From contig LWCA01000048.1 in NCBI GenBank assembly GCA_001642005.1, positions 3,285 to 67,284 on the forward strand: a DNA stretch of 64,000 bases, read 5' to 3'. The notes beneath the pieces were generated by a model that was not told the DNA's origin, did no database searches, and was given only the letters and a program-made list of their open reading frames with translations. Below, in pieces: positions 25,701-38,000 of this stretch. The translations under genes and the position numbers were made by a program. This DNA comes from Intoshia linei (lineage: Eukaryota > Animalia > Orthonectida). Position 1 is the first letter of the stretch. Each line of letters starts with the position of its first letter.

Positions 25701-28700
25701 CGGGAAGTGCTGAACCAAAACCCATATCCGTCACCAGGGAGTAACAAAACCAGTGCACAAGAAACAAGAAATTTGCGTAATGTGTGGAATACTATTGCTA
25801 AATCTCTAGAAGAAAAGGGAATGTGCGTTTCTAGACGTCTTTGCCGCGAACACACTGCTTTGCTCATGCAGCAGTATACTAAAATAGATACTCGAAATTT
25901 ACGCCGCAATGGAACTCTGGAAGATTATCTGGAAAAGGAGTTACTTATTGCCCAAGTAATTGAACTAAAAAATGGAAAGGTAAACCAACTCAAGCCAAAT
26001 GGATACATTTCTATTCAAAATCAAATCAATGCGCTGAACAACAACGGTGATAATGGAGCGTTAGAGCCCAGGGATATAAAGTACAAGTTCAATCAAGCTA
26101 GATCTGCCTCGGCAACTGGTATACAAGATTTCCACAAAGATTTTAGCAAAACTGGGACTCTGTCATTACCCGACTCCTCTTTCAACGTTGCGTGCGCTGA
26201 CTCCAACCTTAAATCTAATTCAAATGACCTTATGGTGCAAATGAACAAAAATATCAATAACTTGTTAATTAATGACATGGTAGAAGGGGATCTCAAATTA
26301 AACGATGCAAATTCATCGGACAGTGCATATTCAAGCAATGGAGACAAACACGGATTGAACAGTAAAGGTGATGTCAAGCCGGTTGGAATTGATTTAACTA
26401 CAATGTGTCGAAATAAACGAAAATCTTTGCCTACCTCCACAAACTATCTCAATAAAAACAAATTTCCCAAAATATTTTCTGAAAATTTTAATAAATCAGG
26501 TATTTTTTAAATTTTTACATCCAGTAATATTAATACACTAGAATTTACCATCAAAAAAAATGTTTGCATACATTTTTGTCATCATTTTTAACAAAGTTGT
26601 CTAAATATACCCCATTTTATTTTTTTATTACATTTACGAAATGCTTGTATTGTGTTAAAATTGATAAAAGTGACCCATACCTTGAAAAATGGTGGTCTAA
26701 AATACTTTAGTTAAAATTTAGGAAAATTATACCCAGTTTATAATGCATCCCTCGGTTAACGAAAAATGTACATGTAATAATTAATCTTAAGGGTAATATT
26801 TAACGAATTATATTGGGTTCTAAAAGTCACGCAACCCTATTCTAGTGAATTACTTGATTATTTCTAACTGACAAAATTTATTTTAGACGACCCAAATAAA
26901 ACAGTTTTGATGTCGGGGATTTTGAATAAAAACAATCGCATCATGGACAATTTGAGACAATATAAACCTGCCAGTTTTAATGAAAACACATTAGGTTTAA
27001 GTAATAAAAAAGGACCATTTTCATCACTTTATGACATGTATTACCCTAAAGATCTTACACCCAACTGTAATAAAAATTCAAACAATTTTCATACTCATGA
27101 AGGAAAAGATGACATACCAGACAATTCAAATAGTTTCAACTACGAAGCAGCAGTTTCGTCAGATGTAAGATTGCAATTGGATATGGAACGAATTCACATT
27201 AAAAAATCTGCCCTAAAATTAGAACAAATGAAATTCGAAGAAACTAAACAGTACCACCGACAGACACTAGAATGTGTAGAAAATATACACAAATGTCTAG
27301 AAATATTAATAAATAAAATTTAATTGTGAATCAAATATTACCGACCATTCGGGGTGTACTAGGACGCCGACCATTTCAATGACCAATGTGTATGGTGGTT
27401 GGAAGTATGGAGGTTTGACAACATCAGGAATCAATTTCTTACTTGGCGGTTCGCGTATACTCTAGTCTTTTTAAACGATTGAGATTAATCCTATTACCTG
27501 AAAGTAATTTACGATATTTTTCCAGAATCTTTTCAAGTAAGCTTCTTTATTAGATACTAAAAATTCAATACATTTCATTATTCGTTTTTTTACGTAAGGT
27601 AAATTCGTCGGTAATCTAATTTTATTTTTAAAATATTAACAGTAAATGAAATGCTACCTCTTCACCATTCTTGTCCATTAGTGGTGCACCTGAAAATAGT
27701 TTAATCAATTTAATTCTTCTGTACCTTCAAATTCTGTTGAATTCATACCCAATATAGTGATACAACACGATCCCAAGCAAAGTTCAAAGTCCATTCTTAG
27801 TTGGCGTTTTGTTAAATTTATTTAAAATTCAATGATTCTTAATTATGAGAATTTTGGAAGTTTGTGTTTCGGGTATAATGTTAGTTTGGGTCGTGCTTCA
27901 GACCCTGTTACAGAATTATGATCTATGATCCCTAGTTGTGATTTATGTGAAATTTTATAAATTGAGAAAGATGTAAAAAAATAAATTAATTTCCACTGAA
28001 AATTAATACAGTAGTAATGAATAAGTAGTCTCCGATTTACCAATATTGCGAATCTTTTCTTAATTATTTCCAGGAAAAATATTCAATTAAATAGTTCCAA
28101 GATATGATTTTGTTCTACCTCCCAATATAAAATAAATATTTATTTTATCTATCCTATTCGACGCTTATATTGATTAAGATTACAAAAAGAGTACATTTTC
28201 AATCAGAATTGACTCAAATATGTCGATAATCCATAATGAAAAATAGGCACTATAAATTTTTTTTGCAGACAAATTGTCATCCTATATAATCGTTAATCAC
28301 TTCTCAACTGGTCTGGTTTGAGTTATGACATTGAAAATTGAATGATTTTTATATGGTCAATTTTGAAAACCAGGGCGCCGTTTTACAATACTTATCCAAG
28401 ATAAAAAAAGGTACTCGCAGTACGTTAGGATCGGCTGTTTTCAATTATCTTAAATGAAAATACTTATTTAATATACATACTACTGGAAGTTTGCAATAAT
28501 ACTTTTAACTTAAAATTTTCAAAATTAAGAAATTTAAATATGATACTTAATTTGTCCAGATTACACTTCAGGGCACTAAAAAAGTTAAACACTGATAAAA
28601 TCTGAAATAAATTATTAATAGGTAATCGAAATTTGTAAATTTATGAAGCCCACGTTAGACTTGTCCGTTAAAGAAACATATCGACGGAAGGATATTTATT

Positions 28701-28964
28701 ATGTACATGATGTTAGTAGCAATCATACAAATCATAATTTGGGTTTTAATGATATAATTTAGTTTTATTACCCCATTCAAATAAAAGATAACTAAACGTG
28801 CAGGATCCAGACAATAACATCATAGTTAAAGCCAATTTCCAGGAATGTTTAGCTGAAAAGTACTTTTTAAATCCTTGTTCTGTATTGCTGTTGAATTTCG
28901 GCGTTGAAGAAAAATTTAATTTAGTGCTGCGGAATTTATTAAAAATTTTTTTCATATATACCAT
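22745..28964 (-). CDS. TIMM50: Mitochondrial import inner membrane translocase TIM50, multi-exon
   Basis: N-terminal exon MVYMKK...[10 protein letters not shown] (TM); [37 protein letters not shown] (27342-27460); [17 protein letters not shown]...YEVVLFT (~24570-24677); [24 protein letters not shown]; [18 protein letters not shown]...[13 protein letters not shown]; [11 protein letters not shown]; last exon KQASTKE...RYK* (22745-22810). Confidence 0.92.
25647..27323 (+). CDS. Myb/SANT-like DNA-binding protein with a C-terminal coiled coil, nested antisense in a TIMM50 intron (2 exons)
   Basis: Exon 1 25647-26499 (CAG|GT) and exon 2 26887-27323 join in frame. N-terminus [19 protein letters not shown]...WNTIAKSL...[11 protein letters not shown]...[13 protein letters not shown] is a Myb/SANT-like pattern; C-terminus [22 protein letters not shown]. 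Confidence 0.75.
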
Positions 28965-29140
28965 TGTTTATTAAATGTAACGTGACATATATTCTTTAAA
29001 TTGTTTGGTCGGAGTAGGATGGCAGACCTCAAAATCTGCCTAAAAATGACTGACTTCATTATAATTTGAGCGATAAATAAATTAAATCCAAAACAACCCG
29101 TTTATAATATACAGAATGTTAATTTGACGTACAGTATTCA
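28965..29140. promoter_or_regulatory. Putative bidirectional promoter for TIMM50 and FDX2
   Basis: 176 bp separate the divergent ATGs; contains TAACGTGAC and TGACGT motifs. Confidence 0.55.
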
Positions 29141-30441
29141 ATGCTACATCAAAATAATTGGACAGTGTGCTACAAAATATTTAAAAATGCCATTCTACCT
29201 ATTCGAACAAGGTAAATTTTAAAACGACCTATTGAACCGCATAGAATTAAGTTAGTATTTACGGACAAAAATAATAAAGAAGCTGTTGTATATGGCGAAC
29301 CAGGAGATAATATGATGAGATTAGCTCATAAAAACGGTTTAGATATTGAAGGTGAGGTTTATAATGCTTGACTTTACTATTTAATAGGCGCTTGTGCTGG
29401 ATCTCTTGCTTGTACGACATGTCATGTTTATATAGAAGAAAAATGTTATAAAAATATTCCTGAAGCATCTGAAAGGTATTGATATCGTAATTATCATAAA
29501 CTAGTGTAGTAATTCCAATATTATTTTTTTAATTGGCTTTTTCATGGTACAACTAGCAGAATTTTAAATTTTAATGTTTTATTTTTTATAAAAACTTGTA
29601 CCAAAAAAAATTGACAAAAATTCGATTTAATTACAGCAAGACAAAATAAAATTCAAAATTTTGAAAAATAATGAGATCAAGTTGGAAATCAGACCTTAAT
29701 GCATACCTGTACAATACACGTGTAAAAGTAATTGATGTTGAAATGCAATCTGGATGATATTTTTAATATAAACTACTGGTTGGGCTGTTTTGTACTTTGT
29801 ACAAACGTCACTTTGTGAGATCAAATTTTTTTGATGAGATTGATGAGAATTTTTTTAAAATTCTAAGACTATTTTCATTTTTTTAAAAAGGTATAATTGG
29901 GTGTTTTGGTCCTGAAGATTAATTATTGAATTAAAATTTATGATTTTAAAATCTGTATCAGAGTGTATACTTTTTTAGATTCTAGAACTCTTTGATTTTC
30001 AAAACAAAGGATAATCGGGATTTTTGACCGGTAATATGTGAGTTTCTCAGATTGAAATTTATCTTTCATCCCGTAAAAAACTGTAATGTAAATGTGGAAT
30101 TTTTAAAATTCTAAAACTCTTAATTGTTGAAATAAACCATAACACAGACAGACAAAGTTTTATATAAATTAGGAAAATAATCCTTACAGTAATTAATTAT
30201 AATTATTTATATAGTATAAATTATATAAATTTAGGGAAGATGATTTATTGGATACAGCACCTTTTTTAAAAGCAAATTCACGATTGTGTAAGATTATTAA
30301 TATTAAACAAATATTAAAATTAGTTTAGCCTGTGAAATTTACCTAGATAAACACATGGAAAAATATGATGAAATTAAAATAAAACTACCTTCGGCCACCA
30401 AAAATTTTTATGTCGACGGAAAAAAACCTACTCCTCATTAA
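29141..30441 (+). CDS. FDX2: Mitochondrial 2Fe-2S ferredoxin-2 (adrenodoxin-like), 5 exons
   Basis: Exons 29141-29211, 29245-29351, 29388-29475, 30235-30286, 30329-30441. IEGACAGSLACTTCHVY, EDDLLDTAPFLKANSRLSC, and the FDX2-type C-terminus LPSATKNFYVDGKKPTPH*. Confidence 0.93.
29773..30174 (-). mobile_element. Short Helitron with both ends, in an FDX2 intron
   Basis: On the minus strand: 5' TCCTAATTTATATAAA...TGTCTGTGTTATG; 3' hairpin GTTTGTAC-AAA-GTACAAAAC followed by CCAGTAG|T. Confidence 0.7.
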
Positions 30442-30459
30442 ACAACACAAAATTAAAAT

Positions 30460-33400
30460 TTAATTATATTTGTTTGATTCATAAGTTGGAACCATATATT
30501 TGATATTAATGAATGCATCACTTCCGCCAGTTTTTTCCAAAATTTCAAGACATTCGTTAACCAAGTCGCCTAAATTCATTTTCTTTTGTTGGGCATAGTC
30601 GATATTATCACCAATGTTTTCTAAATGATAATTTTATTTTTGATATTTGTAATGTAGCTCCTTTTAAAATAAAAAATTCATAAGGCCGACTATTTTATTA
30701 TTATAAATTATTTTTAATAGCTGATATTGGAAAAAAATTTTTATAATTTTTTTTAAGTTTTAAAACATTATTTAAAAAAAGGGTAATCTGGTGTTTCGTC
30801 GAGAAAATTGACTTTTTTGAGGTTGCGATTTATGATTTATAGGTAATGATTTTAAAGACAATCCTAGAATTAATCCTCACTTATATCAAGTAACCAGCTT
30901 GGCTGTTTTGTACTTTGTACAAACAACATCTAGACTTTTCTAATTTTACCAAAAAAATAAAATCTTACATAAAAAATGGCACTATTCACGATTATCAATA
31001 TTTTAAAGGAAGTGTTCCCAAACGTGAAACAATTTTTTATTTTTAAATTCTAGATTAAATTTAAATTAATCTAATTTTTTGTTTTAACGAAATAATTTTC
31101 CAAAAAAAATATAAAACAGTAAATTATTTTGTTGAAAATAAATAAAATAAAATTAAATTAACATTGAACATTTTTATATATTTTAACTGGAGAAAGCTGT
31201 ATTAAATGTGATATTTTTTTAAATTCTAAGACTTGGGTTTTTTTTATAAAGCAACGATAATGCACATATAGACAGTTACAAAAAAACACTTTTATATAAT
31301 TTATGGTTTTGACCATGCAGTTATAACTTTTTTGAAATTTCATCATTTTAAAATATGTATCGGAATGTAGATTTCAAAAATTATAGGTCTCGTTTAATTT
31401 TTAAAAATAGGATGGATAATTTGTGGTTTTTACCCTAAAAGACTCAATTTCTGAAATCTATTTTGAGATAAAATCTAATCCTCGAAAAACTGTATTATAT
31501 ACATTTGTGTTTTTAAAAATACATATCTTACTTTCATAATTAAGATGTAATAAACCAAATTAAAAAACCTCTTTAAAATATTGTCAAAAAATTCTCCATA
31601 AACCCCTCTAAAATATAATAAAAAAAATTTTCACGATCATACCTCAAATTACTTTTTTTTAAAAATTAAATATGATACATTTATATCCTGTTAACATACA
31701 CAAAAATTTTAAATCTGACAAAGAGACGCCTTCACGGTCAAAAACGCAACTACATGTAGTATTAATTTTTTTATTTCGAAACAATTTTAAGAACATGTAG
31801 TGTAAAATAAAAAATTTGAAATAATTAACGGTTCTAAATTAAAAAAAGATTATTCTGATGGAGCTTATTCCAGTTGATATGTAGATGAAAAATTTCCACA
31901 TATGCTAAATTAACTTATATGATATGCTACGCGATTTTTGTTTGTGTGTGTGTTACGCTTTATTTAAATAACTATCTGTTTTAGAATTTTGTAAAATCAA
32001 CATTTCAATTACAGTTTTTTCCGGGGGTATTCCCAAACTTAATTTCAACCTCCCAATTTCATATCTTACCGTCAAAAACTACAGTTGTTCCTCTTTTTGA
32101 AAATCAAACGAGTTGAAGAATTTAAAAAAATTATATCTTCAGGACCAAAATCCAAATTACCCTTCTTTTTTTAATAAAAATAGCCCTAGAATTTAAAAAA
32201 ATTTACAGGTTGTACAGTTGTATTCTGTTAATACACACATAAAATTTCAATCTGAATAAGTGACAAATTCACAGTCAAAAAGGCATTTTAGTATTCATAT
32301 ATTTTTTTTCGAAATATTTTATTAAAAAAAAAAATGTGAAATAATTAACGGTCCAAAAATTAAAAAAAAAGATTATTCTGATTACCTTATTCCACTTGAT
32401 ATATATACAAAAGTTAAACCCGAGAAATCTACGCATTCCCGATAAAAAATAATTTTTAATATATTATCAACTAATATTTTTCAAATATTTTGATTCAAAT
32501 AAAAATTGAAAATATTGATCCTACAATTTGAAAAAAAATGTGCATTAAACGTCTACACATTTTCAATAAATAAATATGGGTGAAACTATATAATTTATTT
32601 CTTCGAAATTTTTTTATATATTTTATTAATGACTAACAATACTTAATAGAAATATAAATAATACAATTTAATAATGTAAATATAGAATAACCATTTTTTG
32701 CTTTGAAAATATTAAAAATTGGTAATAACTGTCGATAATATGGGACTAAGGCTTCTCCAATCATGTCTGCAGAAAGAACAAGTCTTTGGATAACTTTAAC
32801 TGTAGTACACATGATTTTATGATTCCTTGTATTTAGTGCATCTACAATTTTAAATGATAAATTATATCATTACAATTTTTTATTATTTTTTAATTATAAA
32901 AGCAATTATCGAAAATTTGAAATTCTAAAAAATGGTTCCGCTTAATCTGAATGTGATGTAGTTTAATAGTTTTAAATACAAAGTAAAATGTACTTTTTAG
33001 TGGAATAATGAGTTGAGGTATTACAGGTAAAACTTTTTTACTTCCATGCTCCAACATGTCGTATATACCCTGTTTAGCGAAAAATTCATATGGATGATCT
33101 TTTTCTCGCAATCCATCGAAAAATAATGGTAAATAATGATGATAATCTAGTTTTTCAATTTCTACCTTTATAATCTGTATTAAAAAATACTAATGTATTA
33201 ATATTGTACCGCCCAAGCTATTTTGTTTCCTTTGGCGTCATGTTCCAATGATATAGGAAAATCACCTCGTTCATAAAATTTTCTAAAATTGCTTTTTGGA
33301 ACAATCCTTTCACTGAAAGCAAATGCGCTAGGAGGCGTTCCAGTCTATAATAATACATATGGTAATACATTCATTTGTAGGTAATTTTTTAATTGACTCG

Positions 33401-33808
33401 AGGATTAAATTTTATTAAGCCTAAATATATAGATGCTATTTATGTCTGTTTTCAGCTGCGATCGTAAGAATTACCCATAAGGTACCTCACGGAATTGAAA
33501 AAATTTAAAATATAATTCAGAGTCGACAATCAATACAATATAGGTTGAGTTTAATCATTACAGTAGTAATTAATGCCTGATTAAAAATTTAAAAATTGTA
33601 AAAAATAATGAATATCTGATATCTAACTGTATGTAATAAATAATAACTGTATCAGTAAACTAATACATTTAAAAATTTGATTATTTAAAAGAGTTAAAAC
33701 CTGCAATTGAAGGCCTTGTTTGCGATTCAGATTTTTAAAGGCATTTCTACGATATATTCTTTCTGATTGAATGTTTTTTCTAGTGTTGTGATTCATAATA
33801 TCATACAT
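30460..33808 (-). CDS. PACRG: Parkin co-regulated gene protein, paralog A
   Basis: Exons ~33702-33808, 33210-33344, 32993-33166, 32692-32841, 30460-30620. [77 protein letters not shown]. Confidence 0.92.
30873..32620. mobile_element. Stack of Helitron fragments in both orientations in the last intron of PACRG-A
   Basis: 5' end TCCTCACTTATAT at ~30874 followed by a minus-strand 3' hairpin (30893-30932); inverted body 31140-31530; tandem plus-strand bodies 31650-31890 and 31910-32620. Confidence 0.7.
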
Positions 33809-34064
33809 CTCAGATTAAATTATAACAGTTGTAAATTTGCAAAATGTTTTTAAAAATTTATATAATTATGCTATTAAAATACAATGCTAAACAAAAGTTT
33901 GACATATTTAGAAAAATAAGAATTTATAAGACTGAAAATGAATTACAACTTTTAAGAATAAACAAAAGTAATATCCATTTATGTGAAATATCCAATTGCA
34001 AATTATTTATTGTTTTATAAAGAAAAAATGAGAAAATATTACATTTATTTTCAATAAAATATCA

Positions 34065-34931
34065 TTAATTGTATTTTGTCGATTCGTAAGTTGGAACCAT
34101 ATATTTGATATTGATGAAAGCGTCATTTCCACCAGTTTGCTCCAAAGTGGCTAAACATTCATTCACCAAGTCACCAATATTCATATGTTTCCCTTGAGCG
34201 TAATCAATTTTGTCACCAATATTAACTAAAATGACGTTTAAAGTATAAAAGTTTTATTACTGTTTTTAGATTTAAATGCATTGAACATTGGTAAAATTTG
34301 TCTATAATAAGGAACCAAAGCTTCACCAACTAACTCTGCAGACGTGGAAAGTGTTTGAATAATTTTTACTGTTATGCACATAATTTTTTGATTTCTTGTA
34401 TTGAGGGCATCTATAACAATGAAAAAGTAAAAAACGGAAAAATTACTCTTGATTGGAATGATAAGTTGAGGTATAACTGGTAAAATTTTTTTATTTCCAT
34501 GTTCCAACATGTCGTAAATACCCTGACGTGCAAAGAAATCATAAGGGTGGTCCTTTTCACATAACCCATCGAAAAACAATGGCAAATAATGGTGATAATC
34601 TAATTTCTCAATCTCGACCTAGATGGATAAATTTAGTCTAGATATATGGTACACTTACAGCCCAAGCTATTTTGTTCCCCTTGGCATCGTGTTCGAGAGC
34701 AATCGGAAAATCTCCACGTTCATAAAATTTTCGAAAACTACTCTTGGCAACTGACCTCTCAATAAACGCATTTGCACTAGGCGGAACACCAGTCTACGAA
34801 TTGTTATATGGGTGTATAAAACTTAAAAATACATTTAAATTTCTCCCCCATCTTTTAAAAGCATTTTTTCTATTTTCTTCGTTTTGCAATTGTCTGTGAC
34901 GTTTTTCTTCGTCAGCTACAACCAGGTCCAT
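34065..34931 (-). CDS. PACRG: Parkin co-regulated gene protein, paralog B (all introns tiny)
   Basis: [12 protein letters not shown]...NLN|[10 protein letters not shown]...[26 protein letters not shown]|[22 protein letters not shown]...PTYESTKYN*. Intron positions match paralog A. Confidence 0.93.
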
Positions 34932-35042
34932 TGTGATATAAATTTAAATATTTTGCAATGTATTGTATTGTTTATTAAATCTAAGAAACTAGCAAATAAA
35001 TGTTAAAATTTACTATTTTACATTGTTACATTACATTTTATA

Positions 35043-38000
35043 TTATATTGTAACAATTTGTCGGTAATGAGATACTTGTTCAAAAACAAATGAAATTCCA
35101 TTTCCCCAAGATTGCTTGATCATAACGTCACGTAGATATTTTTTATCCGAATAATGATTCCATTTACTGAGAGGCAATTCACATGTAGCGTCATCGGGAG
35201 GTTTACTCACTTGAATCGAATTTACACATCTTTTACAGTTTAATGAATCGTGAGTTTCGCTAATCGTTTTTTTCACAGATTTGAACAATTTTCGCAATTC
35301 CTAAATGTATAAAAACTTTTAAATTGTATAGGCAACATTAAAACTGACCCTGCGAATATTACCATTAAAAATATATAATAGTGGCATTAGGGGGATGTTA
35401 CATAGAATGTAAAACTTTGACTTTGTTAACCATCGTTAGAACCTGATTTGAGTACAAGAGTAATAATGTTTTAGTGTGCTGATAGGTAAAAATTACCGTG
35501 GAACTATAAATCCTTTCAAGATCTTCAATTCCTAAATCGCCTTCGGTATCGATAATACTCTTACTAAGAGATTTTTTGTGTTGTTGTCGTTCAAAAATCT
35601 TTTCATCTATTGAACCAGTCTAAACATAACGATTAATATTCTAGATATTGCATTGTATTATTAATAATTTTATTACTGCAACAAATCGGTAAATGTAAGA
35701 TATCTTTTTTTGACCATCACGCCAGATACGTGCTGCAGCTTGATCGTCATTTGCAGGGTTCCAATCGGGATCAAACAATACCAAACGATTTCCACCAATT
35801 AAATTTAAACCACAACCGCCTGCTTTACTACTCAGCATCATTATAAATACATTTTCCTAATAAATATTTTAATTTAAAGCAAGAGTTAAATTTTAACTAA
35901 ACAGAAACGGTTTTAATATATTCAACAAAATAAAATCCAAAACGATATGAAAATTCAATATTAAAATAAGCCAATTATAGTAGAAAATAATTAAAACTGT
36001 TTAAAAGTTGAAAAATAAATAAATTACACATTATGAATCATATTATTAAAGGCCCACCAAAATTATTCTGTAGGCCACTGATTGCCGAATCCTGATTTAT
36101 GACTACTAATTTAACAGTCGATAAAAAGTAAAAAATGATATAATTCATTATATCAATATAAACATTTAAAATTATAACCGGTGACGTGGAAGAACATTAA
36201 TAATTACAAATTTCTGGGGTCGGCTCGTCTTCATGTAACTCATTATAGTACATTAAAATAGTTATTATAAACCAGTATAGACACCAATTTTTAAGCATTT
36301 ATAAATAATTACATTTTTATCATTAAACATTTTAACAACTTTGGCTCGCTTTTTACTCGTCATTGTTCCATCCAAACGAATACAAATGTACCTAATAAAA
36401 TAATTACAATTTAAATCTTATTCATCTAATCAACAATTATTTAAATAATACGCAAAGTACATGTATCTCACATAATATGTGGCATCATAGAAAAACCTGA
36501 TATAAAAAATAGGGACTGAAACCGCCTCAAAAATATGAGTCAGCTCAGAGTTGACGTTTTCGGTACACGCAGACTTGAACTGACTCATAAATTTTTATAT
36601 GAAAAGTTCAATAAACTAATCAATACTTTATAGCAGGGTTTCAAAGTGTTCACTGACAATTAGAAAAACATTTAATACAGTTGTCGAAAACAGTGGCTTT
36701 TAAACTTGAAACTCTACGGACCCTTAAAAATTTCTAAATCACTTGATGCCATTAAGTTTATAGACTATAGCAGGGGTTCCCAAACTTTTTTCACGCAAGA
36801 CCGATAATAATTTATAAAATTTATCGCGGACCATTAAAGCGAAATTATTAGGCAAAATTTTAAAAAAATAGATAAAAAACGTCATAATTGACTTCTAATT
36901 AATAAAAATTTTCATGGGACCGGCATTTAGGACATTTTGGCAAATGACATTTTATTTTATACAAATTTTAATATCAATTATCCCACTTATCAGAACAAAT
37001 TCGAGCAACTGGATTGACATTTTTTATTAGATACTAAAATGTATTCTTAATCGTTTGACTCAAGTGACCCCATTTCTATAAAAAATAGCCTCTTGAAAAT
37101 GTTTGAGATTCAAACCTAGTTTATTAATTACTTTAGTCATATAGGTGTCACCAACAAAATTTAAATATAAATAATATCAATATCAATATCAAAATATAAA
37201 ATGTAAATAAAGTATTGAACAGTGGATTACAAGCTGGAATTTTTCAAACCCGTAAATGGTTATTAGAATCAGAAATACAGCCATTATATTATCATGTATC
37301 ATAATATCAAACGGTAATTTATTTCATCATATAATAAATTTAACTTGAATTAAAAATACAAAATTTACAAACTCATAAATGGAACTTAGAATCAGAAATA
37401 CAGCCATAATATTATCATGTATCATAATATCAAACGGTAATTAATTTCATCATACATAAATACTGTAGGTTAATTAATCTTAAAAAAATAAACACACAAT
37501 GAGTGATAAAATGTAATGCAATGACAACTTTAGTTATACTTTAAATTAAGGTTTAATTTAAACAAAAACTTTAAAAGTATAAAATGTGATGGTAACATCA
37601 AAATAAAACATAAAAGTATGATTAGAGTAGAGCAGGGGTTCCAAAACTCATTTACATGTCATAGCTTATAATTTTCACTTTTACATAACTAGTGTATTGA
37701 ATGCACTCAGTGAAAATTATGCACTAGACGTGTATATAGCTAAATATTTTATAATTTAGTAAAATAAAGTACTTACTCGTGTTCCCTGCAAAATTGTTCC
37801 AACAGATCAAGAGTTTGTGTGAAATTAGATACAATAACAAAACGATCATCAGTACTCATTTTCGTATATTTTAGTAAACCGGCCAGGGTATTTAGCTTAC
37901 CTAGATATAATTATTTAAATAAATAAAAAAAACCAGAATAATGTGGATTGACATTTGTAGTATTTTGAAATCCATTAGGAAAAATATTTTTTAAATCGAG

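Noticed and set aside
25637-26440. Minus-strand ORFs of 90 and 115 aa
   Set aside because: Antisense shadows of the nested gene.
27740-27930. Tc1 transposase-like words ([14 protein letters not shown])
   Set aside because: Too short and degenerate, and no TIRs found.
33345-33374. Two-codon first exon and 24-nt intron for PACRG-A
   Set aside because: The upstream exon at 33702-33808 shares NAFK with paralog B and splices in phase 0, which is a better model.
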